Source: Pocillopora damicornis (lineage: Eukaryota). Taken from it: a stretch of DNA of 64,000 bases. The stretch covers positions 248,001 to 312,000 of the forward strand of contig NW_020846824.1 of NCBI RefSeq assembly GCF_003704095.1, read 5' to 3'. A program made the translations under genes and the position numbers. The notes under the pieces are model-generated. The model saw only the letters and a program-made list of their open reading frames with translations, did no database searches and had not been told where the DNA came from. Shown in pieces: positions 1 through 12,001 of the stretch (its first letter is position 1; the number at the start of each line of letters is the position of its first letter).

Positions 1-2115
1 TTTGTTTTGTTTTTTCGGCAAAAATAGAAAGTAACCTTCACTACAAATATAATTTCTGTCGCTAAGACATATTTAAACATGTGTCAACCCTTGCAGCATT
101 TTTCTGCCGAGAAGACCATGGAAACTAGCATGTAGTGCAGGAACTGACAATTTGTTGCGAACTTAATCGAAAAGAGTGATATGAAGTCCAAACATTCCCG
201 GTTATTCTAATTTGAAGCGAGCCTTACTTGGAATTGTAAGCGGAGGCGGGCTGCGGTCGGCTGCGGTCAGGCCCAAGTATGCATGCGGATATTTTACATG
301 AACAGATCGTGATGGGCCGAGAAAATTATTTCAATCTGAAGAATAAGAGAAGAGTTGAGATCGATCATAGATCGAAGTAGACTTTTACAATCTCTCTTTT
401 CTATCCATTTCCTCGACCATTTGGGCATTGCTGATCTTGGTAATATGCAGTACTCTTGACATAAAATTAGTTATAGTTCAGCTCACAATGAAGTTCCCGG
501 TCATTATAAGGGATATTTCCGGAGCACAAAATAGGGAAGGTTTGGGAATCGACTCCTTTTGAGCTAGCTGATAAACTTTTCCTCAAACTCGTGACAAACA
601 TAAATAATATCTTAGTTCATTTGAAAGGTGTTTCCATCAGTCTCCTGTCATTCACCTCTGAACAGTATACATATATTCCAAATGGCTGGAAGTGTGGAGA
701 ACAGAGTCCAAATAAGTTCGAAGCACGAGAGATTCAGAGAGGGCAAATAATACAATATTCTTAGAGCAAAAAGGAACCCGCGAATAACAACAGTCGCGTG
801 TGACAAAATTATTCGCCTTCTATTTTTGCGCTTAAATAGTTGGGCCGCTGATTTCGATCAACGAGCCATCAAATTGGAGTCATTTAAGCTACTTTAACTC
901 TTTTGAAACTTTCTAGCAGCAGACAATCAATTAAGCGGAAACGATCGATTGTGACGGTCTAATAAATTTAGCATAAAAATCGAGTTGAGAAGGATATAAA
1001 AAGACTGCCCACGCGTGATCTGAGAGACAGAAATGAAATGAAAGTCCACCTCAGCTGGTTGTGCTTGTCGATTTCTTTTTTTTTTTTTTCTTGTTCATAA
1101 ATCTCCTTTTTGACTTGTCTTCAATAATTATTTCTGATTTCTCATTGTCTTTTCTCTTATCGTTTTTTCAACGTTGAATTGACTCAAGAGTGGGTGATTA
1201 CACACCACGTGCACCTCATAGCTTAGTTCGGGTATCGTGAGGAAAAAACGATAAGAGAATTCACAATCATAAACCCAAATCGAACCTCGTGACCAAATAT
1301 GGTAAAGGGAAAATGATTTTTTTTTAATTTTTTTATTCCATTTTCGTGCTGAAGACGACGAGAGCCCTTAATGAAAAAGAAAAGACTCGAAATCTCAGAC
1401 GTGACTCCGGGAAATTACACGTTATCATTGAAAAATCTCTCCACAGAGCTATTCCGCTTGAAATTAGCTGAGAAAAAGGTGTGAATGAAGCGTGTGCGCC
1501 AACGACTTCCGGTACAAGCAAAAATTATCGATGACGTTGCGCGTTGGACTTTGCGCTATCTGCCTTATCGTTATGGCAACAAACGTTATTTCCCAGCATG
1601 CTTCCCTTCACCTTTCTTTTTTTAACAACTCACTGTAATGGAGTAAGCGAGTGGTTGAGAGGGAAGTTCGTACGATCGAACACGCCTTTCTACCCGAGAA
1701 ACTCCATACAGTTCAAGGAAACTTGTTTCTTAGTATCTTTTCTGTCGAGAGAGCTTAACCCGTTGATTTGAAGCTGAATTTGGACGTTTGGATTTGACTT
1801 CGTTTTGTTGATTCGCGACACGCCCGCTCGACGAACGCCATATTGGTTGTATTTCACAACTTTTCCTGACACAACATTTCCTGGAGAGAAGATACGAGCA
1901 GCCATTAGGCATAAACACTTTGCTTCTGAAAGTTTACGGTAAAGAGACGCTGTGGAGTTAGTACCATTTCCTAAAGAGAGATTTGTTTTGGAGAATCGTT
2001 GGAATAAAGTTTGACTTGGCGCGCTTTGCTTATTGAAAGTACTCGTGGTTTACCGACTAGCTGCTTCAAGAAAGACAAACATTTCTGTTTGAAAATAAAT
2101 AAAGTACTAAGCACT

Positions 2116-5009
2116 ATGACAACGAGGTCTGGAAAGCATTTTCGAGGGGATAAGAACGTTATGATCCACGACAAAACTGGAAGGGTAATTTACATGTTTT
2201 GCTTTGCACGTTTCGTGAATGTTACCTCCCATGTGCCTTTCATGTGTAAAGAGTTAAAAGAGTCTCCTTAATACTTTGCAATTCCCAGGGCCTGTTTTTC
2301 ACGTGCTCATACCGATTGCATATTTTTATTTGCAGATTCTGATTTCATGGAATCGCTTTGCAAGATCGCTGAAGGAAGCGTTTGAAATTTATTGGGAAAC
2401 CAAGCAGGTAGGTTTTGCTACGAGAAACTGTTTTCGTCATTAGATGATTTGACGATCGAGCGAGAGTAGTCGTTTGTTTTGCCAGAAATCGCCAAATTTC
2501 TTTGCACAGTTGTATCGACATGTGCACGCAATTGAATGCTACAGAATTTTTCAGTCGGCTGTCATTGCTCATGTGACAATAAGTTACGATTTCCGTGTGA
2601 ACATTTTGTTATGAATTCGGATCCTGCTCCAGTTGTTAGTACTTTTCCCTGGGGCCAACGAAGCGTAGAATTATTCCAACGTTGCTTGAATAATTGATAA
2701 GTCGGGCTCTTGTAATATTCTCCTTCTCCCAGCCTCAAGGCGTAATGTCAGGCTTATTCATTGCTTCAAGAAGGTATTCATTTATTATAAAATCGGATAC
2801 TAATGCTGCATCGTTTTTGCGCAATGAGATGACGTGCTGACTATAGGGAGGTCTGCGACATGTAAAGAACACTCCGTTGATTTGCATCGGATATTAAAAA
2901 CAAACTGTGACATTTTAATTAACTGCTGTGTTGTGGTTCAGTATTTCGAAGGAAATGTATTAAGATTTCAGCCTTTTTTTGAAGTTCCTCTTTTGCTTGA
3001 GGATGTACCTCGAGTCAGAGAACTTACTGGAACTTGATACACTTCAAAAAGGTCACGCACATGCATCTGATCTGCCACGAAATGGGTGTGTTGTTTTCAA
3101 ACTGTTCGAAGTCTGCCTGAAAGATTTGTCAAATTAGTAAATCAAATTCTAATGTTTTTTGAGTACAAGTAGATTAAGTGTAGCTTGAATTTGGTCTTCT
3201 TAGCTGCGGTTAGGGTGCTGACATTTTGGGAAGCAGTGCCAATGCCAAAATTAATCGCTTATCATGATCACTGAATCACGAAATTAACATTTGCTTGAAA
3301 AGGCCTAATAAAAATTGCAACAGTGCTAAATTGGAAAATCGATGCAAACTGCGAATTTCATTTTCTTTGTCAGGATTGTTTTTAGGAAGTTGCATCTATA
3401 TCAAACGGGAATGATTATTCAAAACATCTGCAAATCATGCTAGTATACACATTCTTGTTTTGATTGAGAGATTAAAGCTTTGTTTGCTGCAAATCTCTTT
3501 TTTTCCATGTGCTTTAACCTTTTATATATATATATTTGTGGATTGTAATCAAGAAACCGTTTGATCGATCATGACAAACTGTTACAACAATGACAGCTCT
3601 ATCAAAGAATGCCTTGTGCAATATTCACAAGAGGTGTCCATTTTCACATTTACTCTTGTCTAGCAATTATTTGTATCACTCTGTAATCTTTTTTTGCGAA
3701 AATCCATGATCCTTAATCTAAGATGAAAAAAAATTTCAACTTCAGTGTTCTTAGTGATGTAGAATTGCTTATTTTAATACAGAAATTTATCACTGGAAGG
3801 TGATTAATCTAGAAAATAGTTAAAAAATTTCAGCATTTCTTTTTTTAGGTGCCTTCTCAATATTGTCAGTTATAGGTATGTGGTCGAGGAAGCTAGAAAG
3901 CTGCAGAATTTTCCTGATATTGAACCCTCTGCCACATTCTGCTGTTATTCTTGAATTTCTAAAAGGATCAAATTGGTACAAAGGTTGAGTTTTCTGATCT
4001 TTGGTCAACCCCTGTTTGTTTGAACAAGGGATAAAATAGATTAAAGAAACATTTTTTGAGCCATCAATATGGCTTGCTTTATGTTGAAAATGATTGATGC
4101 TTGTTTAGATAGGACTTTGGGGGAAATAGTCTCACAACTTTAATTTATTTTTTTTTCTCTCTACAGGCTGAAGTAACCTCCTGGTTTGAAGAACTACCAA
4201 GAAAGATAAAAAATATTCCTTTCAAGGACACCTTATTGGCTGCCATTCCATTTCTGTCTTATCTATTAGTCTATTCGAATTATTCACTCCTACGAACAAT
4301 TTTAGGACTTGGCAAAGTGACAAAACCCAACCATACTTTCTTACCATGGATGGAAGTGTTAGTTTTCCATTGCCTTCCTCATCAAATGCTGGCAAAATTT
4401 GCACATCCCGCACTTGACTGTGTTGCTGCAGTTCCTTACATATTTCATTTTGCTCTTCCATTCCTGTTCATCTTATTCAAAATTGTAAGCAATCATAGCA
4501 TTCGCGGAGTGTTTCCGTTTCTTTGGTGTGCAGGATGGGTGAATCTCGTCGCAACCATCATACAGTTCCTCTTCCCAACAGCACCACCTTGGTATGTGGA
4601 CTCAGTTGTTTTTAGTCCCATGGGAGATGTTCTCAAAGCAGGAGCTAATGAAGCGGGATTTCACAGACTTGATGCGGCATTAGGTGTTCCATTCTTTCAC
4701 GGACTTTATGCAGCTTCTCCATTGCCATTTGGAGCATTTCCTTCACTGCACGTGGCATGGCCAGCAGTGATATTAGTTAGTGGACCCTGGATAAATGAAA
4801 AGTTTGCAATGTTTCATGTTGTGTGGATCACGTGGGCTGCTCTGTATTCAAATCACCACTATGGTGTGGATGCCGTGGGGGGAATTTTTTTGGTGTTTTT
4901 GGTCAATTTTATGATGCGTAAGGTGTGGTGTCCGTTTCCTCTTGAAAATGGAAAGAAACCCTCCTGCCATTTTTGTAGAAGCATATCACCACCCTTATTA
5001 CAAGTTTAG
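2116..5009 (+). CDS. Aur1/Ipt1-type inositol-phosphorylceramide-synthase-like phosphotransferase (PAP2 superfamily), ~303 aa
   Basis: Exon 1 2116-2184 (MTTRSGKHFRGDKNVMIHDKTGR|GTAATT) splices in phase 0 to exon 2 4167-5009 after a polypyrimidine-ACAG acceptor. The protein has several hydrophobic helices and the Aur1 motifs NLVATIIQFLFPTAPPWY, AGFHRLD, FGAFPSLHVAW and LYSNHHYGVDAVGG (catalytic His..His-x3-Asp). Exon 1 is inferred from frame fit. Confidence 0.85.
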
Positions 5010-7304
5010 CAATTTATAGATTTGGTGTCTATTTTTTAGGTTAATTTTCAAATTTAGACAAACTGAGAATTTGAAATTTTGGCTGGTGCCTTCTCAGCCT
5101 TTTGGTTTATTTTAACTTTTTTTTAACCTTGCTTTTGTTTTTATTTACCACAACCAACACAGCTAAAACTAAAAAATTACTTTGTTGTCATTTTGCAAGG
5201 GGATTCAATTCATTCATATGATAATTCTGTGTTAAGGATTAATTTTGAGTGAAGAATTTCTCAGTTTGTGTGTGTTGAAAATTGCAAAATTATGAAAAAA
5301 AAATACATCTTAGAGAAAGTGAAATAATATTAGTAGGAAATTTTATAAATTTCAGGCTTAAATTACTGATTGCTATGATCAATACTGAAGGTCTAGTTTG
5401 TTGATGATGAATATTCCCTGAGGTGTGAATTGTGATGTGTTTATGAAAATTGACTGGAGAATTGGTGTAGACAAATATGAGGTTCTGTCTTAAAGTAGCT
5501 TTTTCTACATGATGCGCAAGAGCTAAATAATTTAAGAGTAATAAGTTTCTCAATATCTTGATGCTTCAACATATGAACAACCACATAAATGGTTTGATAG
5601 TTTACTTTTCCTACGTTTTCATTTTTTTAAATTTTTGTTCATAGTGTTGATGTAGTAGAAGTCAGTTGGAATAATTAGATTTTTTATTTCAATCATTCTG
5701 TTATTGTTTTTGTTTTTGTTTTTGTTATGGTTTACACAATTATTGCTTTGTTTTTCAATGACCACATTGTTTGTTGGTCCTTAATATAAAATATTTCAGT
5801 TTGAGTATAGTTATATCCTGAATAGTGAATACACTTTATTCTCTATTATCAGTATGCATATTCCCATTATCATCCTCCACACATTCTCTATATTACTATC
5901 TAGGAGAATTTGTTGAACAATCAAGAGCTCTTGCTCTCCTTCTGGGGTTTTTAGAGGGTTGCTAGTAACTTGATACAGAATGTACACCTCTCCAGTAATT
6001 ATTAATTTTAAGCAATTCAATTGCATAGTCAGGCTTAAACATATACTGACAGACATTCAAGAGTACTCCAATGTGAACACTCTGCAGTAAATTTGGTTAC
6101 ATAATTATTATTAGTGATGTACATTTGAAGAGGAAGTAATTGTTGGAGAGTAGTGAAATTCTTTTGCAACCTGGAAGTCGACTAAAATCGTTGTAGTTGG
6201 TAGGAGCCATTTCAATTTAAGAATTTTTAGAAAACTATCATTTTTAATAAAGACGTCACTGGACTGGTCCTCAAGATATACCTGTTGTACTGTTTTGCTT
6301 TTTTGAGGGGATTAGCAGAAATCAGATCAAGTTTGATTGGCTAGAGCTAATAAGTATGCACCACAGATCCTGGTAATGTTCCTTCGATCCTGTGTGCCCT
6401 TAACACCCGAATATCAGTAAGGATATTCTCCATACTGTTCTTTATACATCTCCTAAGGTAGCGACTGACTAAAGCACGCGAATAACGCTCGTCTCGCGTT
6501 ATCACGAACACTTCCCATTTCAAACCATGAACATGTACGGCGCATGCCCGGTCAGTACCAAGACCCTTATTTCTCTGGCAACTACACTCTTCCTGAAAAG
6601 CAATATTTTGCGCCTCTAGATGTTATTACACAACCACATCGACACAGCTTCGGCGAAACAAACAGGAAGTCGCTAAAGAATTGAAGTTTATCTCTTTTGG
6701 TAATTTCAATAATTTGCCATTCCTCAAGCATTAGAAAAAGGGATCTTTGAAAAAAATACTGCCTTCAGAGAATAAGATCTCTTGGACTACCGTATTGGTA
6801 ACATAAGAAATTAAATAAGATTGGCGACGCTTTCATCAGCATCGATTAATAACAAAAATGAGATCATGTATTACCGACCCCTGGAGCGATTCCGCAGATT
6901 TGTCAGAGACACGTTGAGATGTCATTTAAACAATTAACGCTGAAACTGCTGAGGTCACGCAAACAAGCAATTCCGAGATAAAAAATAATTTTTTTTTTTC
7001 ATTTTATACCTTAAGTTTAACCAAAGGGTGTTCGCATATAAAAAGAAGTTTGATGACCAATGGCAGTTTACTGGAAAGGTTTGAAGTTTACTTGAGAAAC
7101 GTCTGGAATAATGAAATACCTTTTCAACTGAATTCGGAAATAACGAAAGCGATATAAGGAAATTTGGTTCGCAAACGTCTTTAATTACTCTTTTCCCCTA
7201 CGCAAAGTGTTCCCTCACGCAAACCGATTCTTCCCGATAAAGCGAACCGGCTTCAAGATTTTCACGGGACGGGATTTTTTACCGTTGCCTCAACATATTT
7301 CAAA

Positions 7305-10300
7305 ATGATAGATTCTTTTCGCGTTGTGATTCTATTTTATTTGATTCACATACTTTCCAAGAAACTCTTTCATGCCCATGAAAATACTGGATCATTTTAC
7401 ACTTCGGGATGTAGCTATACATCAAACATCAACAACTTAACTGTGCAAGAACATGGTAAGAACTACAACCTTCCCCTAGTTGCGATCAACTGCACCAAAA
7501 GAAACCTCAATGAATTCCCAGCAGAATTGCCAATTAACACTGGTAGACTACTCCTCAGTTTCAACGCGATTTCAAGATTAAACGCTATTGAAATGGAGAA
7601 GATTCGGCACGTGCGAGAATTGTTCATGGAAGGAAACAATATGTCATTTATTGGACAAAGGAGCTTTCTAAATAACAAAATGTTACAGACACTGAATCTG
7701 GGAGCAAACAAACTGACTGACCTCACCCCAGGAATATTTGAAGGGTTGAAAAACCTACTGAATCTGTATCTTGATCGAAACTGGATCACTCAACTACATA
7801 ATGGAACTTTCCAGAGTTTGAATTCCCTAATCAATCTTGATTTGAGTGCGAATGAAATTTCTGAAATCAGCGAAGGAGCATTCAGCGGCCTCAAACAACT
7901 GATTTATCTTGACTTATCTAGAAATGAGTTGGGTACAGTCTTACCGAATCATTTCAGTAAACTTTCGTCACTTCATACACTGAATCTTGGTTTCAACAGG
8001 ATTAGCTCTCTTGAAGAAGAAGCATTTTCTGAATGTACAAACTTGAAATTCCTTTCCCTAAATCATAACAATTTTACTTTTGTACCAAAAGAGGCCATGA
8101 AGCCGTTAAAGGCCCTTAAAAAACTAGACCTCAGTGGAAACCTAGTAGCGTTTATTCCTTTGGATGTTTTCGTCACTTTACGTTCCTTGGAATTCCTCAA
8201 TGTAAGTTTTTGCGAAGTTCGAGTGTTTCATGGTATGAATCTAAAGAAAATTATGCCTCAGTTAAAGCTTGCTGTTAATAACAACCCACTAGAATGCACT
8301 TGTGATATGCTTTGGATGAAAGAATGGCTTAACGATGATCCCACCGTATTTTATCACTGGCCACAAGTCAAGTGCAAGTTTCCCAAGAGGTTAAGCGGAA
8401 GAACATTGGCGGGGTTAAACAATTCTGAGATGAATTGCACGTGTGATCGTTGCCAACTGTCATTCAAGTGCTTTTTGGGAGAAAAAACGTGCAAGTGCGC
8501 GAGCGAGTGGGCGGGTCTATCATGTCTTGACACATGTCAATTTCATAATGACAGTATTGGCATGTTATATGAAATGGTGTGCAGCTCTTCACAAGGAAAA
8601 TGTTTTTGCTCTAATATGTCCGAAGTCTGCGTAGAAAATGCTCAACTTATCAATTCAAACCTAACATGGCAGTGTACTTGTAAACCTGGTTTCCAAGGAG
8701 ACGGGTTTATTAACTGTTCTGATATTGATGAATGTGCGCAAGCGCACAGTGTATGCGACAAAAGCGCTGACTGCATTAACACAGAAGGCTCGTATCGATG
8801 CTTCTGTCCAAATGGTTACCAGGGAGACGGAATAATCTGTCAGTCAATGAAACATCAAAATAAGACTGTGTCTATAGTTACAACCACGTTTTCCGTACTT
8901 GTTTTCGTTGTCCTGATCGTTGCACTGGGTTGTTGCATCGCTCCCAAAAGAATCCAAAAGATCAGAAATGCCAAACGATCCACGGACAGGAAGAGAAAAA
9001 GAAAACAGTCTACTAGGCGGTATGTTGACCTGTACAACGTTCACGAGTTAGGATTCACTAACATCGTTTGTACGCAAGGTAAGAGCGTGTTAGAGAAAAT
9101 GGTGAACAAATGATTGAAACATAGGGTGCTTATCTGATGAGTATCCTTAAGTCTGCGCTTGAGTAATCTATTTCATCAGTGACACGGTGATCTAAAACCC
9201 GTCCCATTACCAATTGCGATGCACGCTTTTTTGGAAAAAGTGGATGAAATAGAAATGATAGTGTTGCGGTGGTACACAAGCGCACAGCCATAAGGTTGCC
9301 TTCATTTACTTATCTATGCAGCGCCTATGAAATGCACAATCACCTTCAGCAAAACTTACCAAATCTACTGCTGACCACATTTTTGTTACTAGAAGAATGT
9401 CTAAGAGATGACAAATGGGAAATCCCCCGTGAGAAGCTACACATCTTTGCAGCCATTGGAGAGGGTGCGTTTGGTGTTGTAATGGAAGGATCGTTAGATA
9501 CAGGTATAAAATCACTCGATAACTAATTCTTCTGGTTTCTTTTAAAAAGACAAAAATATCAACTCCTTTAGAGGCTTTTTATTTTTATTTTGAGGCCTTT
9601 TAAGCGCAGGTCTGGGTTGTTCGAAACCCGATCAACGCTCCTCATGGAATGACTTGGAATCTACGTTTACTTCCTATCATTAGAAGCCTGGGTACAACCG
9701 TTTGAACTCGCACTTATGCGCTTGCGTGGTGAATGGCATGGGAAGCAATGCAATTCACTAATTTTCCTTGTTTTCAGACGAAGGAGCTATAAAAGTAGCC
9801 GTAAAGACCTTAAAGCCAGGCGCTGATCGCTATGACTATAAAGACTTGATGGCAGAACTGTCAATCATGAAGCAGGCCGGAAGTCACCCTAACATCGTCA
9901 GCCTCTTGGGAGCGTGTTCTGTGGAAGGACCGCTGTACTTAGTGATGGAGTTCGTTTCCGGCGGAAACCTGCTATGCTTCCTTCGAAAAAGCAGGTGTCA
10001 ACATCCACATTATATCAATATCACCTCGTCTCTCAACGAGCGAGAATTGCTGAACATTGCCAAAGACGTCGCTGATGGAATGAGTCATCTGAGTAATCTA
10101 AACATAGTGCATCGAGATTTGGCTGCAAGGAATATTTTACTGACTGAAAACAAGATTGCGAAAGTGACAGATTTTGGACTTGCTCGAGACTTGCAATCAG
10201 AGGGTGTTTATACCAAAACTACGGCTGCGGGGAGACTCCCGGTGAAGTGGATGGCACCTGAGTCCATTCAATTCCATACATATACTTCCAAGTCAGATGT

Positions 10301-10778
10301 TTGGTCTTTTGGGGTGTTGCTATGGGAAATAATCTCAATTGGCCAGTGTCCTTACCCGGGAATTCCAGCGCGACTGCTGATGAGGAAGCTTGTGATTGGT
10401 TATCGCATGCAGAAGCCCTCTCAGTGCTCCGATGACATGTACGAGGTTATGAGAGCCTGCTGGCAACTGGATGCGGGCGCAAGACCTACTTTTGCTGAGT
10501 TAGCAAAAATCTTGCACGAGTTTTTAGCGCGGACTGGACGTGCATACATCAACTTAGAAGGAGCAGATTCATATTTGGAGCAAATTCCGACAGCTTCTTT
10601 TGATTTGAGAAGCGAGTTTGAAAAAGATGAATCAGAAAGCAATGATTTTACCGAAGGTTCCGATGAGCTGGAGCGTGCGCAGATTGAAAACGATGTGGGA
10701 AGACACTCTGAAAGTTCTGCACATGCGTCATTTCAATTCCAGACTGAAACAATCCATTATATGATAACGAAGTTTTAA
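7305..10778 (+). CDS. LRR-EGF receptor tyrosine kinase, paralog 1
   Basis: Exons 7305-9078, 9393-9503 and 9778-10778; both introns are phase-1 GT-AG. Hydrophobic N-terminus, ~9 LRRs, LRRCT (NPLECTCDMLWMKEWL), Cys-rich/EGF modules, cbEGF (DIDECAQAH..CINTEGSYRC), TM (FSVLVFVVLIVALGCCI). Kinase motifs GEGAFG, VAVK, HRDLAARN, DFGLAR and LPVKWMAPE are intact. Confidence 0.92.
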
Positions 10779-12001
10779 AAATAACGGAGAAGCTAAAACT
10801 ACATTTATCGATAGTGTTAAAAAAAACTCAATGTAGATGTTATTTGGCATGTCAATTACAAATTCTTATTAAGAAGAAAACATTCTAAAATTACATAAAG
10901 AAATTCATGAGGAATTTCGGTAAAACATTTTCGAACTGATCCGCTGACAAAGCGCAATGACTTTGAACGAGAAGATTCAAAGGTCACAGGCCTGTGAAGG
11001 GAAAACAGGAAGAATTTGAATGACTTACAAGTTTTGGTTTGTGACAAGTTTGTTCAGAAAACGACAATCACATCTTATGCTTCGTTTTAAACATTTTTCA
11101 AATTTATGTTTTTCAAAAAGACTTTTAGAGAGGTGAACACAGTTTGCAGTACTTCAGAATGTTTTTGAAAAACAGATGATGTCTTAATGGGTTTACCGGG
11201 TATCATGCTTTGGTTATCAAAATTTACCAATGGAACATGTAATGATATGTATAAATAATACATAATTTTAGTTTATTGAACACGATGAAAGCCGAAAGGT
11301 AAACTGTGTAAATATGGAAAAACAATAAGATAGGTCTTTAGACGTTGAGGGGAGCATATATATGAAAGAGCACACAGGAGCCTTCCACTCCTCGACTTTG
11401 CTTCGCGCGAGATGGAGTCTTTCACATCTTTCTCCTCAGACTGCTGTACTGTTCTTTATTTTATTTTAGCAATTTTTTTTCTATAAGACCAGCTAGAAGC
11501 CCATGAACGGGACACTAAGTCGAAACCCATCGAGATCGCCGTCTAGGTAAATAAAAAACTAAAACTATTGATTGATGATAAATACTTCTTTTATTGCCAT
11601 GGCACATTTAACGCACGTGTATTAGTAAGATCCATGATTCAAGTTTGTCTCTTTATGCGTATTTTCCGTTTCTAGAGGCTCTGGACTTTCATCGTTTAAA
11701 ATCAAATTATTTTTAAATCGAATTCAATATTCATGTTATACAGCAAGATATTATAATCTCTTGGTTTCAGCTATTCACAAATGCACAACAAATGCTCCAT
11801 ACTTCGCAAACAAAATCTGGGACAGGAATTTGAAACAAGGGCGAGTAAGGTAAATTAAAAAAGAAAACGAGAGCTCGCCGAACTGTTATTATAGGTTTCT
11901 AAAGTATGCAACAATGCAAGTGTTATTTCACATTAATCTTATACATTAATAACACTTTCGCTTATGTTTTTAACATCCAACTTGTTTTGATGAAACAGAA
12001 A

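Noticed and set aside
1000-1560. Cluster of CACGTG/TGACGT (E-box/CRE/UPRE-like) motifs upstream of the Aur1-like gene
   Set aside because: Short motifs, TSS unknown, and enrichment cannot be shown without a background model.
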